From positions 1 through 64,000 of the IMG/VR virus record IMGVR_UViG_3300028044_000003: 64,000 nt of DNA. One strand, given 5' to 3'. Below the pieces are notes generated by a model, which saw only the letters and a program-made list of their open reading frames with translations, was not told the origin of the DNA and searched no databases. The DNA comes from a virus. Within the stretch, counting starts at the first letter, position 1. Every line of letters begins with the position of its first letter. Of this stretch, positions 1 through 10,648 are shown in pieces. Both the position numbers and the translations under genes were made by a program.

Positions 1-188
1 AAACATGTGATCTCTGTAAAAAGGTCATCGTTAACAAATAACTTACCTTCTTTTTCTAACTTCTTAAGAGCAAGTTTTGAGTATTTACTTATAACACTGT
101 AAATAACTCTATCTGTAACAAAAGTATCTTCTTTTGTAAATTTTAAAACGGCTCTTATTCTCGATACTGCTTCGGCTATTGTAATCAT
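1..188 (-). CDS. Virion structural protein, N-terminal part (runs off window)
   Basis: ATG at 188, open to the window edge (MITIAEAVSRIRAVLKF...); starts right after the 190..783 stop. Confidence 0.55.
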   Translation of the reverse strand, partial: MITIAEAVSRIRAVLKFTKEDTFVTDRVIYSVISKYSKLALKKLEKEGKLFVNDDLFTEITC

Positions 189-189
189 A

Positions 190-783
190 CTAGTCTATTA
201 AATCAAATTCGTCATAATTATCAGGAATATCCCTTTTTTTATTATTTATAGTTTGTGTTTTAATATAGTTTCTAAACATAGAAGATATTTTTCTATGATC
301 TTCTACTTGAACATATTTCTTCCATTCGTTTCTATAAACAGAAGAAGCTTCTCTTGAAAAATTCCTACTAGATTCAAATACCCACAAGTTTCTATTTTCA
401 AAAGAATATTTAGTAGAAAAGTTTGAGTAAAAAATCTTTAACATGTGATTATCAGATTCCCAGTTATAATTTTTAAACCTCACATCGTTTTTCAAAGATT
501 TACCGTAATCAGTACTAAACATTTTAGACTGTTTACAGGATCCTAGAAATATATAACCAAGACCTTCTGGAAATTCTACACCATCTCTTTCTTTTATCGC
601 GGTTTTCCAAATCAGAGTATTTACTGAATCGATTATCTTGCGAATCTGTGTTTCCGAAAGATTTTTATGTTTAGGAAACTTATCGTAAAACATTTCAAAA
701 AACTCTTCGTCTAAGACGTTTTTAACTTCTTTCCTATAACGCGGTGCGTTAAGATTTGGTTTTTTTATCAGATGGTTTATCAT
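190..783 (-). CDS. HU/IHF-like protein of crAss-like late module
   Basis: Helical N-terminus then GVEFPEGLGYIFL strand pattern resembling HU/IHF; late-module context. Confidence 0.5.
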   Translation of the reverse strand: MINHLIKKPNLNAPRYRKEVKNVLDEEFFEMFYDKFPKHKNLSETQIRKIIDSVNTLIWKTAIKERDGVEFPEGLGYIFLGSCKQSKMFSTDYGKSLKNDVRFKNYNWESDNHMLKIFYSNFSTKYSFENRNLWVFESSRNFSREASSVYRNEWKKYVQVEDHRKISSMFRNYIKTQTINNKKRDIPDNYDEFDLID

Positions 784-823
784 GAAGTGAAGTTAGTATT
801 AATATACGAAATTTTCGAGTAAT

Positions 824-847
824 AAAAAACCCGGACGAGTGTCCGGG
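824..847 (-). terminator. Intrinsic terminator
   Basis: CCCGGAC-4nt-GTCCGGG hairpin followed by a T-run on the minus strand. Confidence 0.7.
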
Positions 848-891
848 CCTGGTCTTTATCACAAACAAACCAACAAGTTGTGATTTCTGAC

Positions 892-1446
892 TTAAAGTAA
901 AGCTTGTTTAGTAGTTAATCTAATCGCTAAAGAAGAACATTTCGGAGAACCCGGATCTTCACCACAATTAGATATTACTTTGATATCGTAAGTTGTATTT
1001 GATAGAAGAGGTGATATTAATTGACTAGTATTTAATGTAGATGGTAAATTGGTATAACTTACATCTATTGCTTTCTTATAACTAACAGTATAACTAGTAG
1101 CTAAAGTCACGGCATCCCACTCGATACTAATCGAATTACTTGTTACAGCTATCCTATCTAACCCTAAAGGTGATTGACAAGGGTTACCTGGTAACATACA
1201 GCCAGGATTAAGAAACAGCGAAAATATTCTTTGTATAATATTATCTACACGGTCTCCTGATTTTAAACCTATTTCTGGTAAATCCGGGCCCATATATACT
1301 ATACACTCTGCGCTAAAAGTTTCAGCACACCTTTCAGGTACCGGGCAAACAGGAGTATCGGTAGCACAAGGAGGTGGAGTTGTCAAACCTTTGTTCGCAC
1401 AACCACACTTTGATTTTGTTTTCTTACAATTAGTACAGGTACTCAT
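892..1446 (-). CDS. Cys-rich virion protein with C-terminal FN3-like domain
   Basis: SISIEW..V..A.SY.VSY...L..NTTYDIKV FN3 pattern. Confidence 0.6.
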   Translation of the reverse strand: MSTCTNCKKTKSKCGCANKGLTTPPPCATDTPVCPVPERCAETFSAECIVYMGPDLPEIGLKSGDRVDNIIQRIFSLFLNPGCMLPGNPCQSPLGLDRIAVTSNSISIEWDAVTLATSYTVSYKKAIDVSYTNLPSTLNTSQLISPLLSNTTYDIKVISNCGEDPGSPKCSSLAIRLTTKQALL

Positions 1447-1454
1447 ACTATAAT

Positions 1455-1841
1455 TTAATCATTTTCTATGATAATATCACTATAACAGGCAATAAAATCA
1501 TTACCTAGTTTATTAAATTCTTCTAAAAACTGATGTTCTTTAGTAAACTTATAAGGTTCAAATTCTACTTTTTCATTATTTATTTCTTTTATTTTTTTAT
1601 TTAATTCTTTTAGATTATCTGGTGTAAACTTATAACCTCCATTTTCAACAATAGTATTGCCTTTTTCATCAACACTTACTAAGGATAATCTTTGTTCTTC
1701 AATTAAATCGTTAGTATCTTCTACAATCAATTTTAATTTTTTAATGTTACGTTGGAATACCCAATTTAATTTAGGTTCTTCCATTTTATTCAATGAAAAT
1801 ATTGAATATAATTCTTTAGCTTCTTTTCTTGTAATGTTCAT
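1455..1841 (-). CDS. Hypothetical protein (possible fibre chaperone)
   Basis: ORF downstream of tail fibre genes. Confidence 0.45.
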   Translation of the reverse strand: MNITRKEAKELYSIFSLNKMEEPKLNWVFQRNIKKLKLIVEDTNDLIEEQRLSLVSVDEKGNTIVENGGYKFTPDNLKELNKKIKEINNEKVEFEPYKFTKEHQFLEEFNKLGNDFIACYSDIIIEND

Positions 1842-1851
1842 AATTTATATT

Positions 1852-2268
1852 TTACATCAAATCTAATCTAATTTCAACTGTGTCTTGTCCTAAAACTTTT
1901 TCTAACTCTTCTTTTATAAACTTATGATACCCATAAGATACAATAGCCATCGGATGAGTACCTACTGGCAACTCTTGAACACATTCGTCATAATCGTTTA
2001 TTAAAGTTTGAAAATCAGCTATTTCAACTACAAACGAAGTGACCAATGTAGCTTTATTATTCAAATCGTAAATAATATCAATAGTACTATAATTTTCTAA
2101 ATCTGAAGTTAAAGTTACGTTATAGGTTAAAAATAATTTTTGATTAAAACCTTTTCTTTCACCTTGTGGAAAAAAACGAATTAATATACCATCGTTAATT
2201 CCTTGACCTATTGATATTTCTGTACCATCTGTTTTTAGTAAGCCTGTTTTTTTAATTAAAAGTGCCAT
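1852..2268 (-). CDS. Hypothetical protein (fibre-associated)
   Basis: ORF directly after the fibre gene. Confidence 0.5.
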   Translation of the reverse strand: MALLIKKTGLLKTDGTEISIGQGINDGILIRFFPQGERKGFNQKLFLTYNVTLTSDLENYSTIDIIYDLNNKATLVTSFVVEIADFQTLINDYDECVQELPVGTHPMAIVSYGYHKFIKEELEKVLGQDTVEIRLDLM

Positions 2269-2285
2269 TGTTTTTTATTTTTAAA

Positions 2286-4187
2286 TTATGCTAATAATCC
2301 TTGTGCTTTTAACGCTGCTACAACTTGACCTATTGTATATCCTCCAAATGTCGCTGTATCATTTGCTATTAATGAAGTATTGGCTACAAAGGCTGCTGCT
2401 ACTATTCCTGTAGTTTCTTGATAAATTTTAACTACATTACCATTTTCAGTTCTAAAATGTGGTGCTGCATTACCAGCTACTACATCTGCTGAATATTGTT
2501 GAAAACTATCAGTAACATTACCACTTGGTGCTGTGCCATTATTAATTACCAATGTTTTTGTTGCACTCGTACCTGCTGATGTTGTGCCAATACCAATATT
2601 ACCTAAATCACTAACAATAAATGAGTTATTATTTCCAGTTGAGTTGTGAATTTGTAATCCGTATGTTGCTTGTGTGTTGCCTGTGCCTTTAACATTTAAT
2701 ATTGCTGTATTAGTTGCACCGTTAATAGATAATTTTGCTGTTTCTGATGGAGCACCACTACCTAAAGAAGAAAAATCTAATTGCATACCAATATGACTAC
2801 CAGCAATAGTATTAGCAGCATTCCCACCAGTCCAATACATACTTGCAGTTGCAGTCCCACTATTTTGAACACCAAATTGAAGTTGTGATGAACCCCCACC
2901 AGTTCGTTTATCTGCAACAATATATGTTCTTCCAGCGGTATATGAACTTACTGCTGCGCTATCGTGTGTGGTTAGTAATTTAAGACTTGAATTATTTGTT
3001 GTTAATCCAGAACTTAAATTAATCATTGACCCTAATATATTTGCATTTGCATTTTCAGTTGATACCTCGATATAACCATTATTACCTGTTATACCTTGTG
3101 CGGTGTCTTTTATATATAAACCACCAGTTATTTGACCTAGATTATATGTTGGTGATGTGGTGTAATCTACTGATGCTGTACCACTTAGAATTGTTAATTG
3201 ACCATTTGGTGATGCAGTTCCAATACCTACTCTTCCATCATCTCTTACTACTAGAGCATTATTAGTTCCTGTGCTATTATGTATTTGTAAACCAAATGTA
3301 GATGAAGTAATCCCCGAGCCCAATACAGTTAATCTTGTACTAGCTATTGGTGAAGATGTACCTAAAGCTAATCTACTATTGGTATTATCCCAAAATAGAT
3401 TAGTACTTTGTTGAACTACATCTCCTGTGCCTTGAAATAATAATCTTCCTATTGTTCCGCTTGCTATTGCAGTTGTCCCTATTGTTATTCCACCACCTGC
3501 TGCTGTTAAAGTTCCACCACTTAAAGTTAATCCACTACCAATCGTAATTTCCTCCATTACTCCAACACCTGCCGTACTTCTACCAATAAGTCTATTAGTA
3601 GCCATAGAGGTAGATATATCAGGTGTGTTTCCTCCTGATGAAACTAGTGGAGCTGTTGCAGTTACACTTGTAACAGCTGACGTAAGATAAGTATTTGTAT
3701 CAAGAGCAAACGTACCAACAGCAGTCATTTTTACAAATGGTGTGTCACTAACCCATGTAGGATAGTTTAATGCACCCCATGTACCTACTGTTGGTATAGT
3801 AGGTTTGTTTAATATTTGATTATTTCCAGTTGCTGCGTTCCAATCCGAAGGTTGTTGAACAAGCGGATATCCCGCACCAAGATTTACCCAATAAGCAGGA
3901 GCAAGATCTGGTTGTAATGAATCATTATTAGCTATACATCTATATACATTTCCACCATACCAAACAAGATCACCAATCAAATATGGATTTCCTGTTGCTG
4001 CTATATGATCAGTTGTAAATGGTAACGCTACTAATGTTCCTCCACCTCCAGGTATAGTAATATCACCAGAACCCAATAAAGACTGGCCGTTTATTGTTTT
4101 TATGGTATCACCACTAATTAGTAAATCTTGCTTTGAAGCAATCAAAGCGCAAAGTTGTTCGTTATATTTATCTATACTTTTAACCAT
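2286..4187 (-). CDS. Tail fibre / receptor-binding protein
   Basis: IKTINGQSLLGSGDI motif, carbohydrate-binding-like Y.IGDLV.Y.G.VYRC...W module, GRVGIGT/GNIGIGT repeats, G/T/S-rich. Confidence 0.75.
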   Translation of the reverse strand: MVKSIDKYNEQLCALIASKQDLLISGDTIKTINGQSLLGSGDITIPGGGGTLVALPFTTDHIAATGNPYLIGDLVWYGGNVYRCIANNDSLQPDLAPAYWVNLGAGYPLVQQPSDWNAATGNNQILNKPTIPTVGTWGALNYPTWVSDTPFVKMTAVGTFALDTNTYLTSAVTSVTATAPLVSSGGNTPDISTSMATNRLIGRSTAGVGVMEEITIGSGLTLSGGTLTAAGGGITIGTTAIASGTIGRLLFQGTGDVVQQSTNLFWDNTNSRLALGTSSPIASTRLTVLGSGITSSTFGLQIHNSTGTNNALVVRDDGRVGIGTASPNGQLTILSGTASVDYTTSPTYNLGQITGGLYIKDTAQGITGNNGYIEVSTENANANILGSMINLSSGLTTNNSSLKLLTTHDSAAVSSYTAGRTYIVADKRTGGGSSQLQFGVQNSGTATASMYWTGGNAANTIAGSHIGMQLDFSSLGSGAPSETAKLSINGATNTAILNVKGTGNTQATYGLQIHNSTGNNNSFIVSDLGNIGIGTTSAGTSATKTLVINNGTAPSGNVTDSFQQYSADVVAGNAAPHFRTENGNVVKIYQETTGIVAAAFVANTSLIANDTATFGGYTIGQVVAALKAQGLLA

Positions 4188-4271
4188 TATATTTTAGTTA
4201 TCGATACAATAATTTAATCATTTTCTTTGATAATACGGTTATGATAGATATTAAAATTATTACTTAGTTTA

Positions 4272-4814
4272 TTAAATTGTTTTATAAATAGGTGTAACGG
4301 TATACTTCATAAACTCTACAGTAATATCACTAGTAGTTTCTCTATTTTGTACAATAAAGAAAACTCTATCACCTGTATTTAAGTCAATTATAGTTTGTAT
4401 TGCACCACCGACTGGTTGGTCGTTTAATTGATTTGAGTTAACATATATTTCACTTTCGGATATACGATCTGCATTAGGATCTAACGTACTTAAAGGATTA
4501 GTATTTCTACCAATATAAAATCCATAAGTGTCACGACTCCCACCATTAAAATTAAAAGTAACTACTATATGGAATCTACCACCTAAACCTATATATTCTA
4601 AAGCTTGACCATTTAATTGGAAATTCTTTAATATACCTGTCTGCATAGTACCAGCTACTACTTTTCTTTCATTTATAGCTGTTATAACAGTTACTGTAGA
4701 GTTATTTTTAAGATACATAACACCTACATCACTAGCAAGTTCTATATTATTTATTTGATCTTGTAGACTTTGTAATATATCACAAAGTTGTTTGTTATAT
4801 TTATCTATACTCAT
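4272..4814 (-). CDS. Fibre/spike tip protein, C1q/TNF-like beta sandwich
   Basis: C-terminal IIDLNTGDRVFFIV pattern; shares an N-terminal motif with 2286..4187. Confidence 0.5.
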   Translation of the reverse strand: MSIDKYNKQLCDILQSLQDQINNIELASDVGVMYLKNNSTVTVITAINERKVVAGTMQTGILKNFQLNGQALEYIGLGGRFHIVVTFNFNGGSRDTYGFYIGRNTNPLSTLDPNADRISESEIYVNSNQLNDQPVGGAIQTIIDLNTGDRVFFIVQNRETTSDITVEFMKYTVTPIYKTI

Positions 4815-4820
4815 GATATA

Positions 4821-6284
4821 TTATGGTAATATTTCTGATTCTGGTTCGGATGTTGTAAAAATATTCCAAGGACATGTTTTAGATACACCGTTTATCACAA
4901 TAACTATTTGCACTTTATAAACAGTGTTTGCTGTTAAACCTGCGAATGTTCCAGATATTGTACTTGGACCGATTACACCAGGATTACTACTTGATTGTAA
5001 TAAAGTTGTACCGGTAGCATCATATAGGTTAATTGTAACATCTATAGTACCTGTAAGTATGTCAACCTCAAAATTAAACGAGGTAGTAGTAATAGATGAT
5101 GTTTCTAATACTGGACAGTCTATTTGATTCACAATCGTACTACAGTAATCATATTGACAAGTACTGTTAGTTTCAGGATTAAAGTAACAAGGTCTTAATT
5201 CTAATAAGAAATTAGAGTTTACGTCTAATATTGTAGACGATAAATCTATAACTATACCACCAGGGTCATTGATAGAGCCGATGATATCAACATCAACGTA
5301 GGTAAAGCTACCATTACCGTCTGTAATTTTTATCTTCGGAGTAATACCACCGCAATAAATAAATCCTGCTGGGATTGTTCCGGTAAAATATAAAGTAAGA
5401 TTAGGATTACTGTACGCGTATTGAAACTGTACATCTATACCATCACATCCTGTAGGACAACAGTTAAGTTGAATTGTAGAAACAGCTTGTCTAAGATCAC
5501 ATATCATAAGATATATGTTATTCATAGCATTAGACAAATTTTGTACTAACTGCCAACTAGCTATATTACCACTAGTAGACAGTGCTTGAGGTGGTTGAGA
5601 CGGTAAACAATTACCTTGGATAGCACCAAACAGTTGTGTAGGAGTACCGGTGGCCGATCTTAATTGACAAAACTGAGATTCTAATGCTGCTAATACGATA
5701 CTAATATCTGTAGGAATAGCAGGTGTAATTACACAAACCGGAGTTATCTGAGGTTGAGCCGGAATCGGTAAAGGGAAATAACTTTCTAAAATTTCTATTC
5801 TATCTTCTAAATCATCAACTCTCCCTGTTAAAACACTTATTTCTAAAAGTATAGAACATATTCTATTACCGATTAATCTTACATAGTCGGTTAATTGTAA
5901 ATTAACAATAGTATCTCCAAGCTCGTTTTGATACTGTAAACAAGGAGCTAACTCTACTAGACAATCAGGACATCCTACTGAAGTTTGTCCGGATATTTGT
6001 TGAAAGCCTGTAAGTCCAGAACCTAAACAAACTTTATCTATTATTTTTTGAATAAGTTCTTTAAAAGACTCTGGTTTAGAATCTGGAGTAAAACAAGATA
6101 AATCATAAGTAGTTAAATCTACTAAATCTATAATAGTACAAAGCTCTGTAGCTAGTTTAAACACAACATCTGATACAGAATCTCCTTTACAAAGTTCTAT
6201 ACATGGGATATCCGGTCCTTGCCAGATTACACAATCTGAAGAAATCGGATCACAACTTTTATTTCTACCGTTTAATGGAATCAT
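4821..6284 (-). CDS. Cys-rich virion protein with coiled coil and C-terminal FN3-like domain
   Basis: LTGRVDDLEDRIEILE coil; FAGLTANTVYKVQI FN3-like end. Confidence 0.6.
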   Translation of the reverse strand: MIPLNGRNKSCDPISSDCVIWQGPDIPCIELCKGDSVSDVVFKLATELCTIIDLVDLTTYDLSCFTPDSKPESFKELIQKIIDKVCLGSGLTGFQQISGQTSVGCPDCLVELAPCLQYQNELGDTIVNLQLTDYVRLIGNRICSILLEISVLTGRVDDLEDRIEILESYFPLPIPAQPQITPVCVITPAIPTDISIVLAALESQFCQLRSATGTPTQLFGAIQGNCLPSQPPQALSTSGNIASWQLVQNLSNAMNNIYLMICDLRQAVSTIQLNCCPTGCDGIDVQFQYAYSNPNLTLYFTGTIPAGFIYCGGITPKIKITDGNGSFTYVDVDIIGSINDPGGIVIDLSSTILDVNSNFLLELRPCYFNPETNSTCQYDYCSTIVNQIDCPVLETSSITTTSFNFEVDILTGTIDVTINLYDATGTTLLQSSSNPGVIGPSTISGTFAGLTANTVYKVQIVIVINGVSKTCPWNIFTTSEPESEILP

Positions 6285-6321
6285 AACCTTTTATTATTAA
6301 TAATATACTGAAAAAAAATGA

Positions 6322-7656
6322 CTATACACAATCTTCACAACTACCACAATATCTAGAATCGTATTTATTAGCTACATCTACTTGTTCTTTTTTTATAATA
6401 GTTTTTTCCTCATTTACTGGACAACAGTTCTTTATACCAAATCTATTTTTCAACATGATATTATACATCATTTCAGAAAAATTACACAAAGCTTTTTTAA
6501 CCTGGTGTACAGAACAAACCGGTTTGTAAAAACACGGTGGTTCTGGATCTGGTGTAGGAGGTGCTGGTGGTGCTAACTCTTCACATCCACAAGTAGTAAA
6601 TAGTCCTTTAAGAATAGTTACCGTTTTAATTCCTGGATCAAAAGGTGGATACGGTATTAAATCATTTAACGGAACTGCATCTATACAAACATTAGATTGA
6701 GTAATCTTAGCACAAACTGTAACATTTATTGGACATACTTTTAATACTCCTAAAAAGAAACAATATTGAAATTTTATTTTTACAAACGAACCGTTAAGAT
6801 TAGAAAGATCATCTGTAGTTTTAAGAACGGTTCCTGCCGGATAAATAATTAAAGGAGGTGTTTCAGGATTTTCTGTATCTACAACATATACATCATCACA
6901 TAACTCTATATCCCAACAAGTAGAAGGGGTGTTTTCTTCTTGACAACTTTCACAAGTTCCAAAGGTTCCTAATATTTCATAAACGTCAACAATTTCCCCA
7001 TTTATATCATAACCTACTATATTTTCATGGTTACAACAATTTTCAGACTTAGTTACTAAATAACAAATATCTTCTGAAGTTTCGTTTTCAAAAGTAAATC
7101 TGAATTTAACAGTCTGATTTAAGTAACTTTCAAAATTGTTACTAATAAATAGTACTGGATATTCTTCACTACAAGGAGTTAAAGTATAACAATTATTAGA
7201 TGTTGTACATCTTATTATAGGTATTACATTTGTTATTCCTTGAACATCACCTTGTTGATCACAAAATTCTATTTGTTGAACTATTCTATATTCTACACAA
7301 GGGTCTAAATAACTAAAAACATTCCAAGATTTAAAAGCAGAACTACCTAATGTAGCTGCGTTACCGTAATTATCTCCTGTATAAGTACCATTCACATATA
7401 CTCCTGTAGATGTTTCTATCCACATTGAAAATCTCCATAAAATATTACATACATCTGGAGCAATTATAGTATCAGGTCTAATAAAAGTAGGAAAACAAGC
7501 ACTACAATCGTTTAAATTTCTAGGTATTTTTAAAAAATATCCTGGAGATAACCAAGTACCATCGTTTATATTTAAACAACCTTCTGAAGGATCGTAAAGT
7601 CCTTGTTCATTACCTGTTGTAGTAAAAAGTATTTCTAATGACATGATGTATCGCAA
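6322..7656 (-). CDS. Cys-rich virion structural protein
   Basis: Long ORF in the structural operon; start may be a few codons downstream. Confidence 0.55.
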   Translation of the reverse strand: MRYIMSLEILFTTTGNEQGLYDPSEGCLNINDGTWLSPGYFLKIPRNLNDCSACFPTFIRPDTIIAPDVCNILWRFSMWIETSTGVYVNGTYTGDNYGNAATLGSSAFKSWNVFSYLDPCVEYRIVQQIEFCDQQGDVQGITNVIPIIRCTTSNNCYTLTPCSEEYPVLFISNNFESYLNQTVKFRFTFENETSEDICYLVTKSENCCNHENIVGYDINGEIVDVYEILGTFGTCESCQEENTPSTCWDIELCDDVYVVDTENPETPPLIIYPAGTVLKTTDDLSNLNGSFVKIKFQYCFFLGVLKVCPINVTVCAKITQSNVCIDAVPLNDLIPYPPFDPGIKTVTILKGLFTTCGCEELAPPAPPTPDPEPPCFYKPVCSVHQVKKALCNFSEMMYNIMLKNRFGIKNCCPVNEEKTIIKKEQVDVANKYDSRYCGSCEDCV

Positions 7657-10475
7657 TCTTTTTTAGTGAAATCATTTGGTACACAACCATCTGTTTTTAA
7701 TCCCGGTTCTATACAACGCACTTTTAATTCTGGTTCAAAAGGTGTTATGTTATCAGGACTAGGTGGACATCCTGGACCCGCAGGTATTGACTCAACTTTT
7801 AAACAATAAGCTTGTCTTGTACCTTGACCAATAATTTCAAAACCTTCTGGACAAGTATAACAAGGAAATACTGTTGGCGCTCGATATGTATTATCTTTTA
7901 TTTCAAAACCATCATCATTTTTAGATGAAAATACAGATAGATTATCTAAATCACTTTCTGTAGCCACAGCTAATATTTGAGGTAACTCAGCATCTAGTAA
8001 TTGATAAGCAAAGCCCGCATCACCAGAATAATTCAGAGTTTCTAGTTTCATTATGTGAGTCCCTGCAGGTAATGTAAGTTTGAATAGGTGAGCAAATGTA
8101 AAAGTAGGTTTAATACCGTCTCCAACGTTAGCTTCTATAAGAAGATTATTGTTCAAAAACACTCTAAAACTATTATCTGAAGAAATAGCTAAATGAGTTA
8201 CTCTATTATCGGGTGATATTAAAACCTTTGTAACACCGTACCAAACATTATCTTGTTGTTCAGGAACAACCATATCTATATTTGAAACACTAGTTATTAT
8301 AGGAGGGTTATTATTATAACTACAGTAAGCACCTGTAGTATCAGCAAGCCACGTAGGATCGTCTATAATATTTACAATAGGTGTTCCGTCATTATAAAAC
8401 TCGTCTCTAAGATTTTCAGTAATCCAAACTTGAGTTCCAATTTTAACCCCGTTATAATAATTACCAGTATTATCCTGATAAGCATTATATATCCAGGTAC
8501 CATCGGTTAAAAGAAGTTCGGTTACAGATGCGTTTCTAAAAATTCTAACACTCATACCAGTATACTTAGCTGCAGCTCCCCTATCTATCGAGGCATTACC
8601 GCCAGAAAGACCTCTATAAAAACCGTTAGCTCCAAAATTTTCAGTAGATGTCCAATAATATGTACTTATGTTAGGTAAACCAAAAGGAGGATTACGTACA
8701 CTTCCCGGTAAAGAAGTAAAACCTACACCATTAGTCGCCCCTACATTTGAAGGAAACCAGTCGGCTGTACCTCCTATTTTTAAAATTCCTCCAACAGTTC
8801 CGCTTTGAGATCCTATAGTAGGTATAGGAGAAAATCCCGGATCTATATATCCTATAAGAGTATCCCATTGAGCATCGGTCGGTACTCGCCAGTTACCCGT
8901 GGTATTAATATTTACTATACCTCTAGTACCTCTACCATCAGATCCTGATACACCGTTAGTTAACGCGTGCCAGTTATAAAGAAAACCGTAGTTTACATTT
9001 TGAGTAGTATTTGTTAATAACCCTCCATTCTTACCGGTTTTACCAATACGGTTCATCCAGGAATCACCTGGTTGTACCCACGGTGGTCCAAGAACTGCAA
9101 CTAACGCTTTAAGAGGAGCTCCTTGACCCAGGAACTTAGTCGTAGGAGGTACATTAAAAATCGGACTTTGTCTAAAGACTGTTTTCTGAAACTCTGCTAT
9201 CTGAAAAGAATTTACTAAACCCGGAACAACAGTATCGGGCCAAATTACAGGAACTGCGGTATTTACATTATTATGTCGATTTCCTGTAAGAGGACATGGT
9301 AAAAATCCAGAAGTATAATTACCAGGATTTGTAGTAACGTATCCCGGGCCCGGCTGAGGTATCTCTGCGTTGGTACATTGTAAATTACTATCGGGAAAAA
9401 CGTTCTGAGGAGTTAATATTAAAGGTAAATCTTTATCTAAGACTTCTTCGTAAATAAGAGCACCTTTAGAATTGTAATTACTATTCGGTAAAACACTTAC
9501 TACTGGTACTATTGGTATACAAATTTCAGTGGTTATACTTGTTTGACCAGGAATAACATCAGTAATAATTACTCTTTCACAAGTGTTACTTGCAACTATA
9601 AAATCATAACCCGGAGGACAAACTTCACAAGGACCTTGACAATTACAATTATCATAAACACCCTCAGATATATATGCGTTAGGATCGTTTAAAACTTCTT
9701 GTAAAGTTTCAACATCTTCACAACTTTCGACCTTTTCTATGAAAATACATCTAGCATAAGTTTCATTAGTAGATTCTAGTGTAACATTTACAATAGCATA
9801 TTTACCATTAAATAAATTTGGTATATTACTTGCTAAATATGATTCTCCATTAAAAGGATCAGTTATATCATCAACTGGACAAAAAGTTATTCTATGACAA
9901 GAAGTATCTTCAGGATCACACCCGTCTGTAACTAAAAAATCAAAGAATCTTTCGTCACAAATATTCAAAGGTCCTGCAGGATCGCTACACAATGATACTG
10001 TAACACGTATTGTCCAAATACCAAAAGCGTTAGGATCTGAATAATTTACTGTCCACCCGCCTCCAAAATTAGCATTACCACCATAAATAATATAGTTTGT
10101 ACCTGTATCGTAAATAGAACTACCTCCTAATCCAGTACCGGGAGCAAGAGTTCCAGTAGGATCGTAAACCCATATAATTATTCTAAAATACTGTCTAGCA
10201 CACGAATTAAAAGTTAATGCCAACCAACTACCACTAACTAGTAAATACACTTTACAATTATCTTCAAGACATAGTTTAATTTCTTGAGTAGGTTCTATAT
10301 TATTTATAGGATCACCTGTAACATAGTTAACAGGGTTTTCCTGAATAGAACAAAATCCTTGTGCGTTTTGAGTATACGGAATATAACGCGTCCAAAAGTT
10401 TTGTAGAAACGAAGTTTGTCCACTAGAACCGTTACAAAAAGGATAAAGATCTATAGTATTTAAGTCAACAGCCAT
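7635..10475 (-). CDS. Large Cys-rich tail/spike protein with FISUMP (Fib_succ_major)-like domain
   Basis: YGFLYNW, WRVPTDAQWDTL, GATN..GFTSLPG, YYWTST, GMSVR, KIGTQVWITENL motifs. Confidence 0.7.
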   Translation of the reverse strand: MAVDLNTIDLYPFCNGSSGQTSFLQNFWTRYIPYTQNAQGFCSIQENPVNYVTGDPINNIEPTQEIKLCLEDNCKVYLLVSGSWLALTFNSCARQYFRIIIWVYDPTGTLAPGTGLGGSSIYDTGTNYIIYGGNANFGGGWTVNYSDPNAFGIWTIRVTVSLCSDPAGPLNICDERFFDFLVTDGCDPEDTSCHRITFCPVDDITDPFNGESYLASNIPNLFNGKYAIVNVTLESTNETYARCIFIEKVESCEDVETLQEVLNDPNAYISEGVYDNCNCQGPCEVCPPGYDFIVASNTCERVIITDVIPGQTSITTEICIPIVPVVSVLPNSNYNSKGALIYEEVLDKDLPLILTPQNVFPDSNLQCTNAEIPQPGPGYVTTNPGNYTSGFLPCPLTGNRHNNVNTAVPVIWPDTVVPGLVNSFQIAEFQKTVFRQSPIFNVPPTTKFLGQGAPLKALVAVLGPPWVQPGDSWMNRIGKTGKNGGLLTNTTQNVNYGFLYNWHALTNGVSGSDGRGTRGIVNINTTGNWRVPTDAQWDTLIGYIDPGFSPIPTIGSQSGTVGGILKIGGTADWFPSNVGATNGVGFTSLPGSVRNPPFGLPNISTYYWTSTENFGANGFYRGLSGGNASIDRGAAAKYTGMSVRIFRNASVTELLLTDGTWIYNAYQDNTGNYYNGVKIGTQVWITENLRDEFYNDGTPIVNIIDDPTWLADTTGAYCSYNNNPPIITSVSNIDMVVPEQQDNVWYGVTKVLISPDNRVTHLAISSDNSFRVFLNNNLLIEANVGDGIKPTFTFAHLFKLTLPAGTHIMKLETLNYSGDAGFAYQLLDAELPQILAVATESDLDNLSVFSSKNDDGFEIKDNTYRAPTVFPCYTCPEGFEIIGQGTRQAYCLKVESIPAGPGCPPSPDNITPFEPELKVRCIEPGLKTDGCVPNDFTKKDCDTSCH

Positions 10476-10636
10476 TAGGGTTGTGTTTGTTGTTGAGGTG
10501 GTTTTTGAATATTCTTAAGAACCTTAAGATTTAACTCATACTTTGTTATACAATTAGAACAAACTATTCTACCATCTGAAGCTTTACGAGACTGACATCC
10601 GCACGATAAAGTTTTTTTACAATTTTGACATATCAT
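10475..10636 (-). CDS. Small Cys-rich (Zn-finger-like) protein, 53 aa, not in ORF track
   Basis: MICQNCKKTLSCGCQSRKASDGRIVCSNC...; TAATG coupling to the next gene. Confidence 0.65.
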   Translation of the reverse strand: MICQNCKKTLSCGCQSRKASDGRIVCSNCITKYELNLKVLKNIQKPPQQQTQP

Positions 10637-10648
10637 AATTGGTTTATT

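Noticed and set aside
7635-10475. DGR target in the FISUMP-containing gene
   Set aside because: No reverse transcriptase or template repeat visible in the window
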